A stretch of DNA of 64,000 nucleotides from a bacterium. GTDB lineage: Bacteria; Fidelibacterota; UBA2242. The notes beneath the pieces were generated by a model. That model was not told the DNA's origin and ran no database searches. It saw nothing but the letters and a program-made list of their open reading frames with translations. A program made the translations under genes and the position numbers. The DNA is taken from assembly GCA_018824205.1 (NCBI GenBank), contig JAHJGX010000253.1:126-64125 (forward strand), read 5' to 3'. Below are positions 9,498 through 19,881 of this stretch, piece by piece (position 1 is the first letter of the stretch; each line of letters opens with the position of its first letter).

Positions 9498-9658
9498 AAT
9501 AGTCTCCTTGTAGTTTGTAAAATCCCTCGGAATCTAATTTAGCTAAATCCCGGTAAAAGTCGACATATTTTTAAATTCCCGGGTGGGTCATTACTTTTTC
9601 ATGGATATCGAAAGATCCGTTGCCTATTTTACCAGAGAATATTTTACAGGAGAATCCC

Positions 9659-10552
9659 ATGTTTCGAAAGTCCCTTTTTATCATCACGATAATCGTTGTC
9701 TCCCAACTCGGTCACGGTAAAGATCTGCCATCGTCGAAAAAGATATTTGAAATGTCAAATGTGGAAATCGACCAACTGCTGACTGAAACCAGTCAAAAAC
9801 AGATGACGATTACCGGGCGAATTAATTATTTCTCGGAAATGTTTCTGGATATGCCCTATGATCTGACCTGCACCGGCGACGGCCCTTACGCCCTTTATGA
9901 AACCCGTCCGCTGGTAAACTTTGACGAAACCAACTGTATGGTATTTTGCGAGCATGTTCTGGCCCTGTCTATCTCCGACAGCTGGGACAATTTTTTCAAT
10001 AACCTGCAGCAGCTTCGCTATAAAAATGGCATGATCGGCATGCGCAGCCGGAACCACTACACCATGGCGGACTGGCTGCCGGAAAACAGTTGGCTATTAG
10101 ACGATATTTCCCGGAAAGTGGGCGGCCAATACACGAAAACCACCACCCGCACAATTTCGCACAAAACATTTTTCCAGAAAAAGGGTATCAGCGATATGCG
10201 CTATGTCGGGCCCGATCGGGAAATGACCATTGACTATGTACCAAAAGAGGATTTACCGAAAGTCAAAAAGAACGTCAGGCCCGGCGATATTCTGGCGCTT
10301 ATCTTTGCCGACAAAACCGATATCTTTTCCGCCCACATGCTGATGATCGCCGAAAAGAACGGGAAATTATACATTCGCGAGTCATCCAGCAGTAAGATGA
10401 CAACCTTTGACACGCCCTACGATGAATGGGTCGAAAGTAAAAAAGACGCTGATCGTTATGTCGGGTTGTGTTTTATGCGGGTACGTGACGATCTGAACCT
10501 GCCCGGAAAAATCATCCTGCCCTGGAAAATTCCGCAACTGAAAAACCGGTAA
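9659..10552 (+). CDS. Secreted DUF1460 family protein, putatively a cell-wall-hydrolase-like protein
   Basis: Signal peptide MFRKSLFIITIIVV. The conserved Cys/His-containing block NCMVFCEHVLAL is typical of DUF1460. An AGGAGA SD lies 7 nt upstream of the ATG at 9659. Confidence 0.45.
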   Translation: MFRKSLFIITIIVVSQLGHGKDLPSSKKIFEMSNVEIDQLLTETSQKQMTITGRINYFSEMFLDMPYDLTCTGDGPYALYETRPLVNFDETNCMVFCEHVLALSISDSWDNFFNNLQQLRYKNGMIGMRSRNHYTMADWLPENSWLLDDISRKVGGQYTKTTTRTISHKTFFQKKGISDMRYVGPDREMTIDYVPKEDLPKVKKNVRPGDILALIFADKTDIFSAHMLMIAEKNGKLYIRESSSSKMTTFDTPYDEWVESKKDADRYVGLCFMRVRDDLNLPGKIILPWKIPQLKNR

Positions 10553-10687
10553 ACGAAACACTATTCGTTAAGCTCCGTACTAAACCGGAGTATTGGAGTG
10601 ATGGAGTACTGATACATCTGTTCACAGCTTTGTTCCTGATGTAAATACAATATTCCACTACTCCAGAATTCCATTTCTCCAATTCTG

Positions 10688-13111
10688 TTAGAACTTATAC
10701 CCGGCATTAAAGTAAAGCACCGTCTGTTTCTCGCCGGGCTGATAAGCGCTTTTTTCACCACGGCTGAGAATCAGTTCAACGGGACCCAATGGGCTTATGT
10801 ATTTTAGACCAACGCCATAGCCCATCATTGGGGCCGGTTTTAAACCAGGCTCCATGACATCGTTTTCATAGTCGATAACGATGTTACCGATCAGTGAAAA
10901 ATACAGATTTTTCCGTAATTCATAACGATAATCCAGCCGGGCTGCAGACAGCGTTGTCGCCAGTAACTGATTGTATCCCACGCCGATGCAGCTTTCAGGT
11001 CCGCCTTTTAAAATAAATTTATTCGTCAGGCTGTCCATATCCACAGAGCCGTAAAAACCATAGGCATGAAACGTATGTTTTTTCCCTAATGTCTTGTAAT
11101 AATCCATGGAAATATCCATACGAATATAACTACTGTTGTCGTACATATCCTGCAGACTTTTTTCATAATTTGCGTGCACCAGCATTCCGCTTCGCGGTAC
11201 AAACGTGTCGTCCAGCCGATCGATATTCGTGGAGATTTTCATTTTCCACAACTCATCTTTCCAGCTGGGAAATTTAAGGGGATCATTCCCCGCGACGATC
11301 GGGCGCATGTTCGCCCATTCATAATTCCAGGCGGCTTCCACATTCCAGTAATTTTTATACAGCATCCCCAAACCGAGACCGGCCTGGGCAGAGCGGTTTT
11401 TATAGGACGCTGATTTATTCCCGTCCTTATCATAAATGAATATCTCTATGTTTTCATAATCAATGTTTGCAAACGGGTACAGTGGAAAATTCATTGCCCG
11501 GGACGGGTAATAGGCATGAGAACTAATTTTCTCTTTGCCAATAAACTGGAATTCATTTTCAATCCTGAGTCCCGGTATCGGTTTATTCATAATTAAAAGA
11601 TTCATTGCAACGACGAGCTGGTAATAATTATCATAACGTAATCCGAGCCGGATTTTTAAATCCGGACTTTCCTTGACGTACAGGTTGAAACGCATACTAT
11701 TGGCGCCAACAGGCTCAACTTCATAGTAGATATTTTCAAAATAGCCCAAACTGTAGAGATAGGTAATCCGGTCTTCAATTTTAGAATGGATAAATATCTC
11801 TCCGGGTTTGACGCCCAGCAGCCGATAGATAAAATCAAAGGGCAGGGTCTCGTTCCCAAAAATATTAATCCCGTAAATAATGGGCCGTTTTTTCTCTTCC
11901 AGCATAATTTTCAGGTGAACTCTATTTTTACCCAAATCCTCAGACGTATAGCGCACCCAGTAAAAGTCGCCAGTGGTTTTTAGTTGCTCCATATAGATAT
12001 CCATAGAATCCGCAGAAAACTGGTCGCCCTCTTTAATTTTAACAATTTCCCGAATGGCAGTTTCGGGAATTGTGTGATTTCCGCTGAAACTAATTTCGGC
12101 GATTTGTACAATTGTGTCGGGCAATTCGCATTGCCGGTAAAAACGGTTGCTGCGGAGTTGATACTTTTCCTTGAGTTCAATGATCTGCGGTTCGGTTTCT
12201 TTGGCTGCTTTTTCACCGGCAGCGATAATCTGAACGACTTTATTGTTCACAAAATCAGCAGGCCCAAGTCCGTATAATTTTATGTCTACCAGGATATCGG
12301 CGTCACCGACATTGGCATTCAATGTTTTATCACGCAAAATATTGAAGGATTGTGATAATACATCGATCACACTGCGGATTTCCTGGCGCTCTTTATTCGG
12401 GTTGCCAACGGTGGAAGCAATCACGATGTCCGCACCCATCTCCCGGACAACATCCACCGGCAAATTATTCAGCAATCCGCCATCTACGAGTAGTGAATCC
12501 CCCCATTCCACGGGACTGAAAATACTCGGTACTGCCATGGTAGAGCGCATAGCTTTGGCCAACGAACCGCTTTTCAGGACCACTTCATTGCCGGTAATCA
12601 AATCCACTGCCATGCAACGGAACGGTATCTGCAAACTGTCAAAATCCGATACATCCGCATAGTCGAATACCAGTCTTGAAAAGAGCAGCATAATATTTTG
12701 CCCCACAATCGCACCGCCGGGACCAAGTGGCAGGAAATCTTTAATACCGAGCTCAAACTGGTATTTTTCCGCGTCTTGCTTTTGAAAATAGGGCAGCTTC
12801 CCGCGGGACGGTTGGTCGGTAAAGGTTTTTTGCCAATCCACTGTCCGGACGATCTGCTCGATCTCTTTGCCGGTATAGCCCACGGCATACAGGGCGCCGG
12901 CGATGCCGCCCATACTTGTACCGGCAATATAATCTATTGGAATCTGTAGTGAGTCCAGCACTTTCAAGGTACCGATGTGGGCAAATCCCATGGCCCCGCC
13001 GCCGGATAGAACCAGCCCGATTTTGGGGCGCTCGGCAGCATTAATCGGACTCAATACCAGGATACATAATCCAATCACCAAATAATGACGAAATGCTTTT
13101 AACTTTTGCAT
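10688..13111 (-). CDS. Patatin-like phospholipase fused to an Omp85/POTRA beta-barrel (a PlpD-like type Vd autotransporter)
   Basis: Signal peptide, oxyanion GGGAMG, the GTSMG lipase serine, and a C-terminal barrel ending in aromatic F. It is translationally coupled (TAATG) to the upstream lipoprotein gene. Confidence 0.8.
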   Translation of the reverse strand: MQKLKAFRHYLVIGLCILVLSPINAAERPKIGLVLSGGGAMGFAHIGTLKVLDSLQIPIDYIAGTSMGGIAGALYAVGYTGKEIEQIVRTVDWQKTFTDQPSRGKLPYFQKQDAEKYQFELGIKDFLPLGPGGAIVGQNIMLLFSRLVFDYADVSDFDSLQIPFRCMAVDLITGNEVVLKSGSLAKAMRSTMAVPSIFSPVEWGDSLLVDGGLLNNLPVDVVREMGADIVIASTVGNPNKERQEIRSVIDVLSQSFNILRDKTLNANVGDADILVDIKLYGLGPADFVNNKVVQIIAAGEKAAKETEPQIIELKEKYQLRSNRFYRQCELPDTIVQIAEISFSGNHTIPETAIREIVKIKEGDQFSADSMDIYMEQLKTTGDFYWVRYTSEDLGKNRVHLKIMLEEKKRPIIYGINIFGNETLPFDFIYRLLGVKPGEIFIHSKIEDRITYLYSLGYFENIYYEVEPVGANSMRFNLYVKESPDLKIRLGLRYDNYYQLVVAMNLLIMNKPIPGLRIENEFQFIGKEKISSHAYYPSRAMNFPLYPFANIDYENIEIFIYDKDGNKSASYKNRSAQAGLGLGMLYKNYWNVEAAWNYEWANMRPIVAGNDPLKFPSWKDELWKMKISTNIDRLDDTFVPRSGMLVHANYEKSLQDMYDNSSYIRMDISMDYYKTLGKKHTFHAYGFYGSVDMDSLTNKFILKGGPESCIGVGYNQLLATTLSAARLDYRYELRKNLYFSLIGNIVIDYENDVMEPGLKPAPMMGYGVGLKYISPLGPVELILSRGEKSAYQPGEKQTVLYFNAGYKF

Positions 13112-16100
13112 TATTTCCGCTCAAAAAATGTCAATACCGCCCGCATCACTTTATCGCGATCGGCCTTGTTCAGGATTGTTTCAAAAGGAAAACCGAATGC
13201 GACCACCCGGTGTTCTCCGGAATAAGCAACTGCGGCGCTGGTATTGTTTTCGCCGTATCTTAAGATCGTTATCGCCGTGGAATCCACCGGTTCAATAGCA
13301 TCGGGCGCCTCTGCCGCATAAATAAACGAATTCAATTCCGTATTAAACTGAAAAGATTCACCAAAAGCCATAAATGCTGGTTCCACCGAATATACCCCAC
13401 CGGTTTTCACGGCATAATTGGTCCGCCAGCAGTATTTCAAATTGTCCTTGACAAACTTAATGGATATTGAATCGTCCTGGACATAAATAAACGGATCGGT
13501 GGCAATGTAGGCGCCGGATATAAACAGATTCCCGCCGGACTGACAATACTCTGCCAGCTTCCGCTGCAATCCATGGGGATACACATCAAACTGTTTTGGT
13601 AAATAGGGCCTGGGTCCGTCAGTCAGTTTTTCCTCACCCATGATCAGATCAACTACTTTATACTTCGTGATGTCGAGATCGCCATCCATGACGGCTTCAT
13701 CGCTGACGGACACAAAACTGTAGCCGGCTGTAACTATCGATTTACCGTGGTTTATGACAAAATCATGGGTGTTCCCGGCCACTATTTTACATTCTGAATC
13801 CGCATAACTGGCGCCATGACCCGGCGAGTCATCATCCAGCCAGCGGGATTCGTCCAGAAAATCATACTGTTCGCCAATAAACCCGATATCATATCCATCC
13901 GGCACACCCTGGTCCCAGAAATTGGCAAACCCTAAATATTTCTCGGTTTCGATGGTGGCCGGCGGCGCAATTCGGTCAAAGCCATTGACAATTAATACCG
14001 GGTTTTTTAGACTGTCCATGTAACAAACCGAGAGAATCTCCGATGGAAAGCTTTCCCCGCCATCATTCAGAGCGGTGACTTTGTAACTGTAAATCACACC
14101 GGGTTTGATATATTTAAATGTAACAGCATTACTGTTGACCAGCCGTCCATTATCAAATCCGTTGTCCCCAATCCGGGTATATACGATATATTTATCGGCC
14201 TGCGCTGTCGGTTCCAACAGATCGGACGTCGGTCTCCATTTCAAGCGGACACTGTTTTTATCGACCAGTAACGCCTGGAAATGGTCCACCGGCAGCGGCT
14301 GTACAACATATTCCGTCTGGTATTCTGCGGCAATAAATCGCAAAAATGCTTTATAAATCGATCGACTCACGTCAAAACGAAACCGCGGATCATTGCCGAA
14401 TTTCATATCCAGAAAATTCTGGTGGGAGAGCAATTCCAGTAAGACGGCCGGAACATTGGGCCGCCAGACTTCGGAATAACCCCGGTCCCAAAGCGCCCGC
14501 CGGTTCCAGACCGGATCGTATTTGACTTTAATATCATCCACGATCTGTGTCTGTAAAATGTCTGCCAGGTCGCGGTTGGCCAAGCGGGATTGTCCATCAG
14601 GAAATTGATACGTCGTGTCGGCGCCGTCGGTATTGTAAATCGAAAGTGTTCCGATGACAATATCATTCCGGGTCTTGCCGGCATCAGTGTGAAACGCCAG
14701 CGACAGATCAACCGGAATTCCCAGCCCTTTGGTATCGGGATTTTTCGTCGGGCCAAAGGGTGCGCCTTTCAAATAATTCACCCATTCGCCCCGGCACTGA
14801 TAGTCATCGTTATAATCGATGGAATCGCCGTTCAGATTATAGACCAGTGTATCCGGCATACCGGCGTATTGCAGGTAATACCGGGCAGCTTCGGCATAAC
14901 GGGGCCGGCCGCTGATTTGACCGTTGCGGGAAATATTACCCATCCCTCCACCGAAACGGACCGCGTCTACTGTGATTATTCCGTCGGGGTTTTGACTCTT
15001 ATTGGAAACTATAACTTTCCCGGTTTCCGGATTTTTACCGGCCTTAAACTTAAATGTCCCGAGATGAATCCAGGTACCGCTGCCGATCTTTTGATTGACC
15101 AGAAATTCAGTTTTACCACCGGTATGAAAAACCGTATACCTGACATCGTCAATACTGTTTGCCAACGATTTGTAGGCAATCGTAACCGCATAATTTCCCG
15201 TTTCCGGAATATCGGGAACGAATTCAACGGCAGCGGTTTCAATTGTATCCGCCCTAAAATATCGATATGTGCCTTGTAGAAACGGGTTCTGTCCCGATTC
15301 ATAGGGCGGTGTACCGATTGCAAATCCACTGGAATCCGCGCCTGAATAAAAAACGATACTGCTGTCCTGAAGATTCTCAATATAATCACACCCGACTCTG
15401 CTGGAGTCATTATCCACAATTATTTCTTTAGTCTGAAAATCACGTTCCCGGGGAACAAACACATTTGCTCCGGCATTTTCCAGCATGGGAATCAGATAGG
15501 GAACTGTAAAGGACATGGGAAACAGATCTTCCACGATCTGAAATACCCGCGCCCGTTGCCATTCCCAGCGGTTGAGTTTGTTTTCATAATACCAGCCGTG
15601 ACTGTGCCAGAGAGCAATATTCCGCTGATACAGCCCGGCGGTTGGCCGCCAGGGGTTGCTGATATTGCGGACGATCGGCGCTGTCTTCTCTGTTTTTTGC
15701 ACCATTCGGGTTTGATCCATTTTGGCAATATCTGACCGATAGTAGTTGGGAACCAGTTCCTCCACCGGAAACTTCTTCGAATAAATCTGCAAATCATAAT
15801 TCCGGTAACGCCGCCCCAGTTCCTTCCGCAAAGCATCATAGACCTGCCGGGCATTTTCTTCCCGATAAGGAACCTGCCCCAGAATCCAGTTATAGTAGAC
15901 ATCGATCTCTTTTTCCTGTTTATTTACCAAAACACTGTCCACCCGCAATCTGTGGGACACGCTGACCGGCACACCTTTGCGGACACAATTCCGGGCAAAC
16001 TTTTCGGCTTTTTTATGAATTGATTTTGTCGCATGATCCATTTTTTGGTAATCATAACTGGGTTTCTGAACCGACATCGTTGCACAACCAGCCAAATACA

Positions 16101-16119
16101 GACAAGCGAATACAAACAT
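13111..16119 (-). CDS. Large lipoprotein with an FN3 domain and an Amidase_3 (MurNAc-L-Ala amidase)-like region
   Basis: Lipobox MFVFACLYLAGC, which is why the start is called at 16119 rather than at the TTG at 16167. An FN3 block (SVRLKWRPT...YSYKVTALNDGGES) is present. The C-terminal PAVLLELLSHQNFLD resembles the PAVLVExGF end of amidase_3. Confidence 0.5.
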   Translation of the reverse strand: MFVFACLYLAGCATMSVQKPSYDYQKMDHATKSIHKKAEKFARNCVRKGVPVSVSHRLRVDSVLVNKQEKEIDVYYNWILGQVPYREENARQVYDALRKELGRRYRNYDLQIYSKKFPVEELVPNYYRSDIAKMDQTRMVQKTEKTAPIVRNISNPWRPTAGLYQRNIALWHSHGWYYENKLNRWEWQRARVFQIVEDLFPMSFTVPYLIPMLENAGANVFVPRERDFQTKEIIVDNDSSRVGCDYIENLQDSSIVFYSGADSSGFAIGTPPYESGQNPFLQGTYRYFRADTIETAAVEFVPDIPETGNYAVTIAYKSLANSIDDVRYTVFHTGGKTEFLVNQKIGSGTWIHLGTFKFKAGKNPETGKVIVSNKSQNPDGIITVDAVRFGGGMGNISRNGQISGRPRYAEAARYYLQYAGMPDTLVYNLNGDSIDYNDDYQCRGEWVNYLKGAPFGPTKNPDTKGLGIPVDLSLAFHTDAGKTRNDIVIGTLSIYNTDGADTTYQFPDGQSRLANRDLADILQTQIVDDIKVKYDPVWNRRALWDRGYSEVWRPNVPAVLLELLSHQNFLDMKFGNDPRFRFDVSRSIYKAFLRFIAAEYQTEYVVQPLPVDHFQALLVDKNSVRLKWRPTSDLLEPTAQADKYIVYTRIGDNGFDNGRLVNSNAVTFKYIKPGVIYSYKVTALNDGGESFPSEILSVCYMDSLKNPVLIVNGFDRIAPPATIETEKYLGFANFWDQGVPDGYDIGFIGEQYDFLDESRWLDDDSPGHGASYADSECKIVAGNTHDFVINHGKSIVTAGYSFVSVSDEAVMDGDLDITKYKVVDLIMGEEKLTDGPRPYLPKQFDVYPHGLQRKLAEYCQSGGNLFISGAYIATDPFIYVQDDSISIKFVKDNLKYCWRTNYAVKTGGVYSVEPAFMAFGESFQFNTELNSFIYAAEAPDAIEPVDSTAITILRYGENNTSAAVAYSGEHRVVAFGFPFETILNKADRDKVMRAVLTFFERK

Positions 16120-16238
16120 GGTTATTTTTATCACATTTTGATTACTCTTTCTCACAAAATTCTCCAAAACAAAAATAACGACAATAACTAATCACCTAAA
16201 GTTAAGATGAATTGGATTCAGGATAAAGGATAAATACC
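16085..16238. repeat. R150 copy 1, comprising the promoter and 5' coding end of the lipoprotein gene. It is duplicated at 19733-19873.
   Basis: TTACTCTTTCTCACAAAATTCTCC...ACAATAACTAATCACCTAAAGTT...AGGATAAAG.ATAAATAC is shared at about 85% identity. Confidence 0.8.
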
Positions 16239-16514
16239 ACGTTGGCTATATTGAAATTAAACACTTAAGGCAGTCAATCAGCCGAATCTATATTTCATCA
16301 ATGACTTATCGGATATGTCGTTCAAGATATAGAATAAAAATTTTGATAAAATGAAATATCTATAGTTAGATACCAGAAAAGTTACTAATTAGCGCGTTTT
16401 TTATTCAGTTGGATACACATTTTAGAAAACAATTTTACTGAACATATTTTTTCGCCGACCTATTGACAATCATAATACAAATCGCTACAATGATATTCAG
16501 AGTAAAAGAAGATT

Positions 16515-17210
16515 GTGAATATGTGCTGCAGGGAAACATTAATAACCAGTTTTTTCAGAGAAGCACTTATCTGTGATTTAGTACGATCCTGTCGATCAAA
16601 ACTCTGTTGTCTTTTCATATTGATAATTCTGCGTCAAATTAACGGTCAGACCTTCAATATACAGGGAAACGTCTCCAGTTCATTGTTGCCGGTCAGGTTT
16701 GCGGCGGTGACTTTTATTAATCAGAATGATACAAGGCAAAGATTCTCTACAGTTACTGATTCACTGGGCAATTACCGGTTGAGCGTCACGACTGCCATTG
16801 ATCACCTTGATTTTATCCTTCCATCTACTGTTGAATTAGCCCAAAACTATCCCAATCCGTTTTCAGGGACAACATTAATATCCTATCAACTCAATAAGTC
16901 AGCGGAAGTGAGTATTAAGATTTATAATCTACTTGGGCGGGAAGTGAGAGAATTGAAAGCCACACCCCATATAGCCGGTGCGTATGGTTTATTATGGGAT
17001 GGCAGAGACGGTCACGGCAAGCGGGTTGCTCCGGGAGTCTATTTCTGTCAATTGCATACTGGTAATGAAATCAAAGTAAAGAAAATGCTTTATGGCATAG
17101 GCGGGACGGATATCAAAGCTGTTACGGTGGTACCTTTGCCGATCACTAGAATGAAAGGAGGTTCAATCTATGAAGCGACGATTCTTTATAGTTATCATTT
17201 TTACAGTTGA
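16515..17210 (+). CDS. T9SS C-terminal sorting domain protein
   Basis: C-terminal LAQNYPNPFSGTTLISYQL...IKIYNLLGREV...GVYFCQL...KKMLY. The N-terminal start is uncertain. Confidence 0.6.
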   Translation: MNMCCRETLITSFFREALICDLVRSCRSKLCCLFILIILRQINGQTFNIQGNVSSSLLPVRFAAVTFINQNDTRQRFSTVTDSLGNYRLSVTTAIDHLDFILPSTVELAQNYPNPFSGTTLISYQLNKSAEVSIKIYNLLGREVRELKATPHIAGAYGLLWDGRDGHGKRVAPGVYFCQLHTGNEIKVKKMLYGIGGTDIKAVTVVPLPITRMKGGSIYEATILYSYHFYS

Positions 17211-18504
17211 AATTTTGCTTTACAATCTCTCATACTCACAATGGTCGTATCTCGGATTAGGAGGAAAAACAATAGAGGTGTTACGTGCTCACAATGGCTT
17301 CCTGTACGCAGGTACTAGTAACGGTGTCTTTAGAAAGCGTATTGACTCCCCTGACACTACGTGGATTTCACTCGGCCTGGAATCCAAACACGCAAAAGCG
17401 CTTCTGATTCTTGACAATTCAACGTTCATCGCTAGTATTCTAATTACAGGGTTTGGTAATGATACAATATCTTTATTTAAATCTATCGATACCGGTGTGA
17501 ACTGGTTTCCATATCAGAATGGCTTTGGCAGCAGCGCTGATGGTTTTGACGAAAACAAACAAGTATTGTCTCTCGATATGTTGCAATCCCAGCCCGAAAT
17601 CATGTTTGCCGTTGGAGGAGCGGTGGCAAAGTCCACCGACGGTGGTATAAATTGGCGTAGAGTGTGTGGTGACCACTGGAATGTTTTGAGATTTACTTTC
17701 ATCAAAATCGACGCAAATAGACCAAATGTGATATGAGCAGGTGGTGAAACTTTTTTCTTTGCACCGTTCCTTCTGAAATCTACTATATTTGGTGAATCTT
17801 GGCAACATGTTGCTAACATCTCATGGGACGATGCGTGCCTTTCAATAGCACTCCATTCCTCTGATTCCAATATCGCGTATGTAGGAATGCTAATGGGAGC
17901 TGTCCTTAAAACAGATGATGGAGGGGATAATTGGTTTCCCGTTCTTGCCCCTTCTGAACCGCCTGCTTTTGTAGGTCTCGCCTTGAGCAGAGATACAATT
18001 CTGTACGCGTCCGGTTCTACTGGAGAGCCTAAAAGACTATTATTTTACAGATCATCCAATGAGGGGTTATCATGGGATACTATTGCACATACTAACAAAC
18101 TAACAAATGGTGTAAATGAACTTTTGGTATTACAAAATGAAGGTGTTGACAATATTTTCTTTGGCACCTGGGGTGATGGCGTTTTCAGCTATGCTAATGT
18201 TATTACTGCTGTGGATGATGCAACGGGCCGCACCGTGCCAAGCGCATTCTCACTGCGACAAAACTATCCGAACCCATTCAACTCTGAAACTATCATTCGA
18301 TTCAATGTTGCGCGGTCGTCGCATGTCAAGATAAATGTTTTTGATACGCTTGGCAGGAGAGTCCAGACAATTGTGGAGACTTATCTTACTCCTGGACAGT
18401 ATTCAATAAAGTTTGCTTCGCGTAGTCTGTCAACGGGAGTCTATTTTTATAGAATGAACGCTGATGGATTTGTTGACACGAAGAAATTTGTCTTGGTCCG
18501 ATAG
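17170..18504 (+). pseudogene. BNR/Ycf48-like repeat protein with a T9SS CTD, interrupted by an in-frame TGA at 17734-17736
   Basis: ORFs 17170-17736 and 17887-18504 are in the same frame. The sequence reads continuously PNVI*AGGETFFF, and W is the expected residue at that position in BNR repeats. The CTD is at the C-terminus (QNYPNPFNSETIIRF). Confidence 0.6.
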
Positions 18505-18859
18505 CATGGGCACTTCGGCTAACACACCGAACAAGGTCGCTCACTTTGTAAAAAAGGATCATTGTGGTCATTCAAGGCTTTTGCTCGAAAGGAAAATGAG
18601 TCATTCAAAACTCACAAAGCATTGCATCGTTTGGCGAGACGACAGGGTATACATGTGATTGGTCAACGAGAATAGATTTTTCTATACGGATTCGATCTCT
18701 GTCAATGGAAGACTCTGGATGATGAGGAAGGATGTCTCGGACAAACAACAATTGATTTTTGACTATTTTTGATTGAAAGGAGGTGATCGAGATATGAATG
18801 GAAAAGAATAACGAAAACTTACTGTATTGACAACCTTTCTTAAATAAGGAGAAAATAAC

Positions 18860-19729
18860 ATGAAGAAACTTAGACTTTTAAATCTCAGTGGGAGCATTGC
18901 AGGAACGTTCCTCATTCTGATGTGGATGCTTGGGGGCGGAACTGCTTTGACCCAAACTTTCAATGACCTTGATCGGGAGATATTGGTTTACATACAACCA
19001 TCAATATTGGAATTTCCAGCCGGTGAGAGAGACGCTGTGCTCGTAGAACGCCTTACAATTAAATCCTTACCACTTCACCAAGTATTCAGCCAATTTAATA
19101 TAGATAGACTCGTAAAAGCATTCACTGACTTCAGCGAAACCGACACTATTAGAACTTCCGAAGATGGAAGACTTGTGAGCGTTCCGAGATTCTCGAGAAT
19201 CTTCAGAATTCAAGTGTCCGATAAATCGAAAATAGACTCAGTCATTGCTGCTCTTTCAAGAGTGCCCGGAATATTGTTTGCAGAGAAGAACATGGACGCC
19301 AAGTTGTTTGCTGACCCAACATACACGAACCAGTGGCATTTGAATAACACTGGTCAAGGTGGCGGTACTTCTGGTGTAGATATCAATGCAGTTCCAGGGT
19401 GGGATGTCACAACGGGCAGTTCCAGTATCATTGTTGCGGTAGTTGACGGCGGCGTTGAATCTCATGAAGATTTTCATACCGTCCAGTTGATTCCAGGTTA
19501 TACAGCAAGAACTGGTGGAGACGGATCACCTGCTCCGGGTAATACTAACTGGGCCAGACACGGTCAGTGTGTTGCTGGTATCTCTGCTGCAGCTTTTAAT
19601 ACCTTTGGCGTACGCGGTGTAACTGACAATGTTAAAATTATGCCGATTCGCATAGGCGATGCTGGTGCATCGTTTAGTGATATCGCAGCTGCCATAGATA
19701 CGGCATGGACTCGTGGCGCACCCGACTAA
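18860..19729 (+). pseudogene. Subtilisin-like S8 peptidase truncated after the His block, so the catalytic Ser region is missing
   Basis: Signal peptide, Asp block VAVVDGGV and His block HGQCVAG are present, but there is no GTSMA-type Ser motif. The ORF terminates inside the duplicated R150 copy. Confidence 0.6.
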
Positions 19730-19732
19730 AAA

Positions 19733-19873
19733 CAAACCAGCCAATACGAAGGAAAATATTTTAAGGGCGTTTTGCTTACTCTTTCTCACAAAATTCTCCG
19801 AAACAAAAAAATTACAACAATAACTAATCACCTAAAGTTTAGATGATTTCAATTCAGGATAAAGAATAAATAC
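19733..19873. repeat. R150 copy 2, an ectopic duplicate of the lipoprotein promoter and 5' end that is fused to the 3' end of the S8 gene
   Basis: See 16085-16238. It creates the chimeric antisense ORF 19526-19831, whose N-terminus ENFVRKSKQNALKIFSFVLAGLFLVGCAT mirrors that of the lipoprotein. Confidence 0.8.
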
Positions 19874-19881
19874 GTCTGAAA

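Noticed and set aside
10553-10687. GGAGTATTGGAGTGATGGAGTACTG ... CCACTACTCCAG imperfect inverted repeats between convergent genes, considered as a bidirectional terminator
   Set aside because: The stems are imperfect and no clear U-tract follows, which is too ambiguous to call.
16168-16514. AT-rich 350 bp intergenic region between divergent genes, considered as a possible small RNA or mobile remnant
   Set aside because: No repeats, hairpins or ORFs beyond a plausible divergent promoter region were found.
19526-19831. 101 aa minus-strand ORF at the 3' end of the S8 gene
   Set aside because: It is a chimera of the duplicated lipoprotein 5' end and antisense protease sequence. It is interpreted as a by-product of the R150 duplication rather than a gene.
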